Positions 37,701 to 49,700 of a stretch of DNA of 64,000 bases are shown here, one piece after another. Every line of letters starts with the position of its first letter. Position 1 is the first letter of the stretch. Position numbers and translations under genes: made by a program. Source of the DNA: Phoronis australis (Eukaryota; Animalia; Phoronida); contig NMRA01000732.1 of assembly GCA_002633005.1 (NCBI GenBank), positions 1-64,000 on the forward strand, given 5' to 3'. Below the pieces are notes generated by a model. The model saw only the letters and a program-made list of their open reading frames with translations. It was not told the origin of the DNA and made no database searches.

Positions 37701-40700
37701 AAAACATTCGGCAATTTTCGGTGTCCTTCATATTCACATTGTTGCTACATGTTGTGTTTCTGAATAATTTGACCAAAGAATCATAGAGATGAGGAATAAG
37801 CGTACAAGGCACACTTTAATCATTTCCCCTGTTGAAAAATTTCAGCATAGTGCACCCTAGTCTATTGCTATGACACCATGCACTGTGAATTTCTTTGTTC
37901 TTGATGGCAGGTGTCTGTTATGCCCTTCAATCTCTATGAAGTGTGATGTTCATATTACTAACATCTTTGTTTCTTCTCCAAGTGCATTTGGGAATTACCA
38001 TGCATTTTCAATGGATTACTTCAATTCTATTCTAACTTCTTCCTAAATGAACATAGGTGCCGTTGGTCCAGAGGTAGCGCTTTTTTAAGTTCCCTCTAAA
38101 CCACTGGATGTTTCATTTATGTTTTAATTAATGTATACTAGCTGGTACCGGGACGCTGGTATCGGCTGGTTATATTAATTTTGACTGAAAAGCTTCAAAT
38201 TTAATAGTGAGTAAAATATACCACATTGAATAAAAACACTTTAAAATCATAGTGGTAGCATTTCCCATTAAGGCCTGCAAGTGACCCCAACAAGCAACCT
38301 AACATTCAGTGAGAGTGAACCCTAGTTAACACAGACAACAAACTGTGCCTGTGATATTAACTTTTCTAGGAACAGATCTGACAGTGTTATTCACTCCCTG
38401 CGTCACACAACAGGTCTACTTTGATCAGCCACGTCAGAGAGACAGTGAAAAATTGATTATTCAACCGGAATTGATTATCTCTGCTACATCAGTTGACAGT
38501 AAAAGAGTTGTCTTAGGCTATTGATTCCCAGCAGAGGCACCAAGTGTTCCTCACCGAGCACTAACTACCTAGCAGGGATAATGTGCCCATAATGTCACAT
38601 TCGTATAAAAAAACAAAACAAATGACTTTTCATAAATCACAATATTAACGATACCCTGCCTTGCAAATGGGGAAAACATAAAGTCTGATAGAAAATGGAC
38701 AAGAAATACAGAGACTCATTTGTAAGGCATTATTCGATTTCCATTTTTATCCAGAAATGCAGATTTAATAAATTTTAAATTGCGAAACAGTTATCGGTCA
38801 AGTTTGATTAAAGTATAATCATCTGAATTCCAAAAATGCAAATTAAATTAATGAGCAAACACCATCATTTGAACTCGGACTATGCTCATTAGGTGGGTCA
38901 TCGTGTCCTGGGTGAAATGAACAGCAAACACAACTACCTCATTTCAGTACATGGCTTCTAAGGACCACGCCAATAGTAAAATAACAAAATAAAACATCCA
39001 GTGATTGGTAGCTTTCCAATGCCTCTGAATGAATGTTGAACACCAATGATTTTAACATCCTTGACAACAACCAATGAATCACAAGAAAATTCCCTAAGGC
39101 AGCAGAATCAATGTAAATCTGATGAAAAAAGTTGCACAGACACAGCCTGTTTCTGATATGCGACTATCCCAGTTAGTAAAGCACACTAATTATGCCAGGA
39201 TAACAATGCAACAACTCGATTGTAGTGTGTGTGAAGGGACAGAATCATACCTGGCATCGCAGGCTGATGGGCTTCAATATTTGACTTGTATCAATAATTC
39301 GTGTATGATATAAATTCAAAATGTGACCAATTTAAAACCAGAACAATACAAAATGTTGAAATGCACCCTCGACTGCACCGCAAACGGTATGCATACGTTT
39401 TATAAAAAAGGCCACTAGGTGGCTGAGTCCACCCAAAAATGGGACGGTGTTGCCTACTCCCTAATATAAACTATTGGCCAAATTTTCATGAAAATCCATC
39501 AAGGAACTAAAAAAACATATACAGGCAAAAGTAAAAAATCAAATTGCCAACAGGAGGCACTGTGGGTTATATCTGTTGAACAGAAGTTACCATCGGATGG
39601 CAAGTTCCCAGGAAATCACTTTCCAAATTTTTCTATAATGAAAATTTCGGGTACGGAAGTTGAAAAGTATGACTAAAGTAAAACCACTCGCATCACAAAT
39701 TTCAGAACCAGGAAAATTCAAAATCAGATCAAAATTTTGTTGTCTCAAATTTAAGACTTAATGGCCATCGCAAACTGGAGACTGTTAATATACTGCTACC
39801 CACAGTTTTCAGTCGAGTTCCATCCACACACAGACTAATACCCTAGAATGGGTTGTCACTAGGTTTGAGTGCTGTTTGGACGCTATTACACTATTGAAAC
39901 TAGTACAAGGTACCCCACATGTGACAACTTACTCTACATTATCAAGGTGGGGTAACTTGTCTTAGGGTAACATGAAACACTCGTAATTGTCGAGTGGGGT
40001 AGGGCAGAAGTAATTCTTAGCTGCTTTTAAATACAGACAGGTTCTCTTTTTGCGCGCCGTACTCGCATCACGCACAAAGCGACAACTTCCGCCTTGCCCT
40101 CGGTATTGGGTATGTATGTGTGGGGTAAGTTGCACTAGTGCAAGCTGTTCTAGGGTAGGCTGTGTGTGGACAGGACTTTAGTCACCAACAGCGGATTTTT
40201 GCAAGAGGTCTATGGCAATGCAGAGATGGCCTCAACCTGCCCTCAGACAGACCCACGGAGTGGTTACATACATGATTTATTCAACAACAGTTCTACACCA
40301 TTGATGGGGATGAATGATTATAACAAGTTAATGTTTTATTTAGCTGCATGCATATGTCTTCCTGCACGTTCTCTCAACCATTTTGTATGGCCAGTCACAC
40401 TTGATACTTAAGAGTAAATAATGATGCTCTAGGTCAGGGAACTGAGTGAGGCATGAAGAACAAGCTGAGGCAAAACTAGGGATTAAAAATCAGCTTCTTG
40501 AAATGAAGTAGCTACCAAATGTTGTCGAGTCTTGTCACGGACTGCAGGAAGACAGAGAATTCGTCTGTCACTGTGTCAGAACTACAGATTAAGAACATGA
40601 TAGAGGCATTATACCACAGCTCCGGGTGATCTCCAAGTATACTTTACCATATGTAAGATCTTTACACACACCCTTCCAAAAAAGAATTTGTGAAAACAAT

Positions 40701-43700
40701 ATTCGCCTGGGGAAGCCAATGACTGACCTCGTACACACAATCTTTGTTTAAAATCAAAAGCGTTATATTGAAGTTTATCATGAAATAAGTCATTATCATT
40801 TAGACAATTACTACAAGGCAGTCTCAGTTAGTACTATCCCCCGAAGGAGTTGAGCACAGCATTTCCGTATACCAACGTATGAACATCAAGATCAAGCCAC
40901 AATTCAGCAAAATACAGTCACATCATGAAAGGACGAAGTTCTACACTACGGCATTTCGTATCACTTTTAATGGTTAGTTTAATCACCCAAGAAATGTTGG
41001 GGGTTATGAACAGAACAGCGTCTCATTACACTGATGAAGAAAATGCACGGAAATAGTCAAGTTGCAAAATGTCATTGATTTGAGTTAAAGAACTTCATAA
41101 GCATATCTTTGAAAGTTTAGTCCAAATCCCCTGGGAGACGTAGGTAGGGGTACTACACAGAATTGACAGTGCTCGATTTGGCGACCTGCAACCTCAGATT
41201 GTGTTTGGCGACCTGAGAAAAATCCCAAGTTGTCACGACAATAATTCCACCGAATTTCATTCCAAAGTTTGTGTCGATTTCCAAACTTTAAATTACTAAT
41301 AGTTTTCCTAGATTTATTACCTTCGATTCACAATTGTTCCATTTATTTCGTGAAACACGCGCTTAAAATAAAACAGGAAGTAAACAGATGGAAGTCAAAA
41401 CTGTTCGTCAAAAATCGGGCAAGATCTGTAAAACATGCACCTCCGGTGTATGCGATTGTCTGCATTCCTTGCTCGGTGCCAGGAGGAGTATTGAGTTAGA
41501 GAATGAATGTTAATATTTTTGACGGGTAGAATAGAAGAGGATCCTTTCAATATAGTAAATTTGGCCAAGTCTCACTGGGCCTCACTGCTAGACCCTTGAA
41601 TCAGGTCTCTGGATCCTCAGTTCAGTTTTAACTACACATAAATAAAGCATAAAAAGGGTTCCGATCAGTGCTGTGGGCTCACAGGGGTGGCCTGCGCACG
41701 TCTGGTACAGGCTGGTCCAGTACAGCGTGTACCAGACTGTCGGCAATTACGTTTTTTATGGTTTTCTTAGCTCATCAGAAAAAAAATTTAAAAAATTAGT
41801 AAGTCTGGTCAATCAAAATGGTCTGGTCAATCAAAATGGTCTTTTTTCAAATTAGGGAAATCATAATCATAGTCAGAAGCACATGGAGTAAACAAATAGT
41901 GTCCACTAACATTTCACTTGGTTAATCCAGCCAGTAAGGATTGGCCACTCCGAGAATTTAGTGTCCTAATTCTGAGTGTTTTAGTGCTGCCGTGTCTTTC
42001 TTTAAAAGGAAAATGTGCTATTATATCAACTCCTCAAGGAAAAAAATTGCTATTTTTGGAATGATTGTATTTTCGCGGACTGTTTTTATCTCGCGTGCAA
42101 CACATACAACTAATGAGCAAATAGTGATTTTGGTTTATCTGATCACAAGCAGAGCTAAATAATACATGAAATCCCTTATTGAAGTCTGATCTTAAACAAA
42201 CACAGTTGTAATTGAGTCAGCTAAAGGGATTAATCCACCATTGTTGATTTTTGTCTATTAAGTAAATTATTTTAGTAGGCGTGGCAAATCTATGAGTAAA
42301 ATAGAAAACAAAAAATTGTCAGAATTTCACGCATTTGAGTCAAGTGATGGGAGTCTGCTGGATTTCAGTGAGGAGTGGTTTGCACACAGGTACAGATAAG
42401 CCACTTGTTCAATAGGCATAATGTCCTTCAGGAAAAAACAAATGGCAAGGGTTAACTTACGCCTTGCATCCTACCAGGTAACTATCTGAGATAAAATCAA
42501 CAGAAAGGGGTTTGACAGCATTACAAAAATACTTAAAGCAGTCATTGTTTAACAATACTGACTATGATTTTTTACTTCAAATAACAGATTATTTTATTAA
42601 AAAAGTTGTTTTTGCAATTTGGTTTTGTTAATTTCACCTTTAAAAACAGCGCATGACATCAAATTTCACGAGGTCATATTCAAACAAATAGGCAAACCCG
42701 AGCATAGATATTAGGTGTGACTTAATTCAAATGGCAGTTAAGTGAGAAACATGTTCCACATTGTTAACATCAACTTCACAATCAAAACATAATGGGGGTA
42801 ATTGTGCTCTTGCAAGTGGCATGCTTTTGCCAAGGTCAAACAGCATATTCTTATACCGTATGTTGCTATCTGAGATGAAATAGCTCAGTGAGTGACCCCC
42901 CCCCACTTTCTCATTTCATCAGAATAAAACGCGTGATTTAACTTTTGAGTAGAAGCTAAAACACTAAATCCAGAGAAAAAATGTTTGCTTAAGCTGACAT
43001 TACAAAATCAGTAAACACGGAAATATAACTGAAGCCGCTAAAGCATAAAACTAACATCAAACAACGAAATTAATCCATTTTCAAAAGGATTTCAATCACG
43101 TGACCCATGTAATTCCATAGTTTTAACAGAGGAGCCTGAAGATTCTCTTGATTACATTTTCGCATTCATGTCAGTTGTTGCTCTCAACATTGTGATTTTC
43201 ATGGTGCATGGTAATTGTCCAGTGCTGTGAACTGGAAACCATGTGGATTACTTAGTATGTAAGCCAAGTGATCTGATCCCAGCAGTGGCAACNTTGTTTG
43301 CTGCTCTTGGTCTGTCAAATGCTTTGGAGAAATTATGAGATGCATTGGTAGGAAAGCTAAACTTTGAAGTGTCTAAGAAGTAGGTCACACCAGTGCAGTG
43401 TGCAGTTTTAAACCATATATAAATACCTCCAGCATGACCATACTTATGGGTAGACACAAAACAATGTCAATAACTGACATTTAACATTTGCGTCGAGTTT
43501 GGAATTTATAATGTGGAGAACACTGATGTAATTCCATAGTTTTGACAGAGGAGCCTGAAGATTCTCTTGATTACATTTTCGCATTCATGTCAGTTGTTGC
43601 TCTCAACATTGTGATTTTCATGGTGCATGGAAATTGTCCAGTGCTGTGAACTGGAAACCATGTGGATTACTTAGTATGTAAGCCAAGTGATCTGATCCCA

Positions 43701-46700
43701 GCAGTGGCAACAGAGAGTCGTTAAATATTGCATGAGGACATAGAACCTTAGACAAGACTAGCTTCAACTAATGCATGAAGTTGGGCAGCAATTGATTTTT
43801 CAGAGAACACAACCATCTGCTATGGGTAGAAGCGAGAATAACCACTGAATGCTTCAACTCAGGACTTCAGTTAAAAAGAGGCTGAACTGACAACCGAGTG
43901 GCAAACAAGTAATACTCTGACCAATCATCTGTGAGCGACAGTACATCCAATAATCGTTTGCAGAGTCCAGTGATTCGAGCACAGTCCGTTGGTACACTGG
44001 GCTGTCCCAGCATTTGCAGAATGCCACCTTCACTGGGATCACAGCACCGTTGACTCTTGTTATCAAATCGAATAAAACCCCTTTTATACCATTCACTTTG
44101 TTTCAGTTTCCAGGAGCACCTTTTCATGTTTATGTACTTTGCATCTTTTTCACTTCAATCCTTAAAGTAGCTGACAAGTGATAAGTGTATAAGACCTGCG
44201 CTTAACAATACAACAATAGGGGACACTTCATATTGTCGCTGTCTAGAGTAGTGGGAACATGGACGTAACTTCCAATTGATCACGACTCAGATTTGATGAA
44301 CAGACATTTAATTACTATACAGTCGTTCATTAATTCCAAAGCTTTTTGACACCAGCTAGGATTGAAATTCTCCCGTTTTATCAGCTGCAGCCACTGGCTT
44401 TGTCGTGGATACTTCTTCGCAGTTGGAAATGTATGCAACATGATGTCTGTTCGTCCACTGATGATATTTCGTAAGGTAAGCATTTTTTCGTAAGCCATTA
44501 GACAGTACATGCCACTGCACAGAATGGCACTGGAAATTTGCCTGCCTTATAATAGCAGGAAAGGTGTTGAAATGCTGTTTATATCCAATAGGTTGAAACA
44601 CCCTCTCCGCATTACATGGGATTGGAAGGTAGCGCTAAAGACCAGATCGCCGTCTGGCAGGATAGTGAAATTCAATATGGCGTGGCTATCTCAAAAGTCA
44701 GCTATTGCCCTTTAAGTATGTCAAGAACTACGTTCACATAAGCAAGTGGGGTGATACATCTAGCATTTTAACATGTAGCTTCCAACTAACTCCTATATTG
44801 TGATGTCACACAAAGCAGGAACAGATATCACTTTAATAAAACTAATACTGCACGATGGCTACAAATGGCCTTGGTTGAAAAATTCAAATAAGCAATAACC
44901 AGTTTAAAGTGACAGCCCACTGTGATATGTTGAATTGTGGCGGGNGGGAGGGGGTAGAGGGAAATCTCATAACAGCATTCTAGAAAAAATGCACTTTATT
45001 ACACCCAATTATCCCCAAGGGAGCCCTGAGGTTACCTCGCAAAATCGTTAACAGCCTAAATGAAATTGACTCATATCTTTATCACATATAAAGGGTCAGC
45101 AAGATAGTATTTTATTGAACATGGCTTTGATCTTCCAGTGCTTAATTTGGAGATATTGAAGCTAGCTAGCTAGCTAGCTAGCTAGCTGTACAAGACTACA
45201 TGTCAACAAAAAACTGTCTTGAAGCATGACCAATAAATAATGAAAGTTCGCCTAGTAAAGATCTTTTCTTCACCTCTTCAAAAATGAATTAGACAATGCT
45301 ACTTCTTCACCTACTTCGCACAAAAATAATTGCTTAAATTGTCATTTTCTAGTTTCAAACGCTGCTTACTTGAATATAAATATTACTAACTCTAATAAAT
45401 GTTATTTCATGATACCTACACACTACAAACTAAAATTTTCTCAATATCTATTTTTGTTCAAAAATAACAAAATACAGTCACACTAGTCCGCCATATTATG
45501 TTCTATAGGTGAATCACCATACAGTAAGACCAGCCATCTCTTAATTCTGCCAATCAATGGCCAAAACACCATTAAAATATGCAAAACTATGAAATAAAAC
45601 TCAGCAACTTAGTAGGAACTTGCACACAGTTTTTTGCTCATTTTTGCATACATGATCTGTGCAGAATTTTTTAAGCACGTCATTAGCTGACCAAAACACA
45701 AGTTGTCTTAAATTACATTTTACTGCAAATGGCTGAAAACTGAATCTAAATGAAAGCAAGTTGTGCAAAATTCTGTGAATGATAACAAACTTTGTGCAAG
45801 ATGGAATCGATTATTGAAACTTTGATCAACCATTTTGCCTAGTCAAAATATGCATCTTTATTCCCCCGACACAAGAACACGGGCGCTACACATTTAACAC
45901 TGTAACAATGGCAATCTACTCCTCTTTTAACGGCGTAAGGACTGCTTCAGGTAAGATTAGTTTTTACCGCAGCAATACCTTATTAATATAAACAACCGTA
46001 AAGAAGAACAGGCAGACTGTAAAGTAAATTTTGTGGCAAGTAACATATGTGGCACGAGGCCAAAAGCAATGACATGAAAAATATGAAACAAATTAAACAT
46101 ACTTTAGTCAGAGCATGCAGGGTTCTCGGTATATAACTTATCAGAGAGCACACAGGGCCGTCACTATAAACCTTGCCAAAAGCATACAAAGCCCTCAGTC
46201 ACATTACGGAAAAGAAACTTGGGGAAAATATACACCATTTTTCGAATGAGGAAAAATGCTACAAGAGGTCTTTTTTGAAAAAATGAACAGATGAATTAAA
46301 CATTTATGTTTTTACACATTCGACAATCCAAAAGAGCAGGCGTCTTAAATTCTCAGTTGCACATTCGCCTCCAAAACTGATGGAGAGCCGCTCCCCTACT
46401 GAGAGAATAAATTACGCGTGCTAAGTACAATTACTTACTGTCATCTGTCTGTGGTGCTGACAGAATTTCACTGTGCTTCTTTTTCACTTGATCTACATTC
46501 TCGGCTATTTTGTCTATCATCTCTCGAATGTCTTCCACCTAAAAGTAAGCCGACAAAATTAAAATCTACATGGACCCAGTTTGCCACCTTGACAGTTAAC
46601 ACAAAAGCCAGGTTTGCCTTAGAGCAACTCAAGTGATAGGGTCAAGATGCTCCTGAGGGAACACGTACTTTGGAAAGAGGAGGTGGTGTGTGCACATAGG

Positions 46701-49700
46701 TTCAGTCATGAATTTAACATACGGTATTCAAAAGTCACATTTACATGACATTCTCAATGGTACAACTACGATTGTAAACGCAAGTGCCAAATCAGACCAC
46801 ACTGACACAGCTGTGTGTCAACTTGTAACCAGTTAGAGACAGAGCAAATTGTATCCAATTATCTTGTTCCGTGTCTACTATGTGTCTACATGCAAAGTTT
46901 TGTCCACGATCTGTTGCAATGTGTTGCTGTGGCCTCTTTCTAATACGCTGAGGCCTGTTACTTCGTAAACTTCTGCGATTTACATTTACGTTGGCTGTAA
47001 AATGAAAGTACATGAAAAGCTAACAATAAATGGCGAAAATTCAGAGGTAAACAACGGATATCTAACAAAAACAAAATTTCTTGATTCTAAGCTTCCATTC
47101 TTTCCACTAACCGCCAACCCACACAAGAAAAACGACGTGAAATGTTAATATGTTCCCACAGTGCACCGGAAACGGTATGTTCTTAGGGGTGCCTAGCAGT
47201 TTCATGTACCGTATTCGCCGTAATAACCGCCCAGGGCGCTTAGAAAAGTTCGGTTCAGGGGGGCGCTTATTATAACCCAAGGCGGTTGAAACCCGGTCTC
47301 CGAAACGGGTGACATCGGAAGCTAAGATTCATCAAATTTACGTTCTGTGACGTATCTGTAATCTATGAAAGACTTCCAACAAAACTGCGGTGCATTGCTA
47401 TCAAACTCTGTTGCTAAATTACGGTCATTNTCGTAATAAGCGCCCATGTTCAGTTAACCGCCCTCCCCCGATTTCTTGAAATTTCACGTTTAAGCGCCCA
47501 TGTCTGGTTAACCGCCCACCCCCGATTTTTTGGGTTCGCCAATTTAACCGCCCAGGGCGTTAACCCGAACGATTACGGTACGTTCTGTGACGTATCTGTA
47601 ATCTATGAAAGACTTCCAACAAAACTGTGGTGCATTGCTATCAAACTCTGTTGCTAAATTACGGTCATTTTACAGAAAATTGTGTTGAAATCCCAGGGCG
47701 AAAACTCGCCGACTGACTGCCTCAAAATCGCCGTCTTCGATATGTCGACTTCAATGCTTGAATAAAAATAGTTTCGACTCAAGCAAATTACCTGAAATCC
47801 TCATTAAGTTTTCTAAGTAGCATCCCTAAGACTTTTTTAAGTTCCCGTGGAGTCTGGATTTACGGCAGTTTTAAGTACAAATCTGCGCAACGTCGTGCCA
47901 TCTACATGTATGATCGGCAACACGGCGAGAAAAATGTCTGGACGAACACACATGTTGCTGTCACGTGACGTTTGTTTTGAAGTTCGTCTTCGAGTAAGCG
48001 AGCGCGTGCGTGTAACCAGAGTTCATTTGCCAAAGCAGAGACCGTCTTTTGGCCAGAGCCAAGCAATCTAACGAGCTTGATGTGCATTGTGTCTAAAGAA
48101 ATTTGCACAAGCAGTAGGACTAAACCAGAGCGTGTTTCATTCAGCACTTACCGGTCTCGTGCTAAAAACGTTCGACATTTGTTTCAGTAAGGCCCATATT
48201 AGTCGCAGTGTAGCTGGATGCGTACGTAACTATCTGACAGTTATTTTTCAGTGTAAGGGTGTGTAAGCATTCACTGCCAGTTGACATTTTATCGGATATT
48301 CGGCTTAAAAACACAAATTATGGTTAATCAAACAATCCATGTAAAAAATAACGCAAACATGTTTTATAGTATTAGAAATTGTCGGAAATTAGGGCCAATA
48401 TTCATTTCTTACCGATGCTATGCTACCCGTTTCGCTGTTGCGTTCTTTTTGAAGCGCTGTGTTACTTTGAAGTGTATAGTCACGGCTAAATACAAACGTA
48501 GTGCCGCTGGTGGTCTAGAAGACCCGTGCAAAACTTTTTTGATAAATTGAAGACGTTTTTGTAGCCGAGTTTTAGGACTGAAGGTACGTCATGGTTCGCA
48601 TGTACACGTTCATGGACTGGGCGCTTATTTCAGCAAAGTCTGAAAACGCGTGGGGGCGCTTATAGGGGCATGGGCGGTTATTACAGCGAATACGGTAATC
48701 TACAAGGAGACAACAAGTTGACCTCAAGGAGTAGCAACAATAGCAGTGTTTCCCCTGGGTTTTGAAAGAAGCGTGTTGGTAAATGGCCAAAACGAGGTGC
48801 AAAAGCCTGTTGCCACACGCAAATATGAGAAGTGGGATCCCCCTCTTGTCTGAGTTTCGAAAGGTGCGTGGCAGTGAATGCTCGACGCGGATGTGGAACC
48901 CGGTGCTACATGCGAGCATGGGATGAAGTGAGATCCTCCCAGTCCCATGGGAGGGGGGGGGTTGCGAGACCTTCGACGTAATTGGTTGCAGTTTGCTCAT
49001 CATAGACAAGACCTTAACCCGAGCATCATGTAGTGGAAGTATCTGGGTAAAGGACACTTCGCAAGACAAATTGGCACTGAAGTGTCCGGCATTAATATAG
49101 TGTGATCTCTGTCGCACTTGAGTACAAAAACAATGTTAAAATTCAATTATCCACGAAGTGACAAACATAGAACAAAAAATATGTGAACTTTTTAGACGTA
49201 ATAAACTAAGTTGTGTAACGAAACTTCCGTTGATATCGTCTTGCTAAACGTAAATCAGTGTTAGTGGATAGGCGTTAGTCGGCGGCAACATAGCAGACGA
49301 TGTATAATCCAGTCCATGCAGACGAATCTGAGACTGGTTGACATTCACTATCGTCATTTTGGCGCAGGGCTATGGTAGATTAAACAGTTGGATGTCACGC
49401 CCTGCAGTATAATTCACAATGTCTTTTGTAAACTCGGACACGATAAAATGAATGAAGCAGAAATCTTAATTTTTCTTACTTCATTAGCAAGCCCTGGCAC
49501 TTTCCCATTTTAGGAAATTCGTATCAAGGTTGTTGCCTGGTCCCCGGCTGTATTACGTTTAAATGCATTGTCAGATAACTAGGCAGAAACAAGGTACAAA
49601 AGGGGATTGGGGATTGAATGATAGTGTTTAACGGGACACAATTCAAGATCCAATTATCATTTTTCCCTTTCGATTCAGAAACGGTGAAAGGTGCCGTGTG

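Noticed and set aside
43107-43711. 186-bp direct repeats as LTRs
   Set aside because: The first copy ends at an N and there is no PBS/PPT or TSD; a haplotype-overlap artefact is more likely
46792-46995. Good acceptor and ORF just upstream of syntaxin exon 3, a possible duplicated exon 3
   Set aside because: No syntaxin similarity; the phase-0 reading hits TAA at codon 3
48572-49117. 181-aa - strand ORF
   Set aside because: Crosses a MITE boundary, with no domain or splice support
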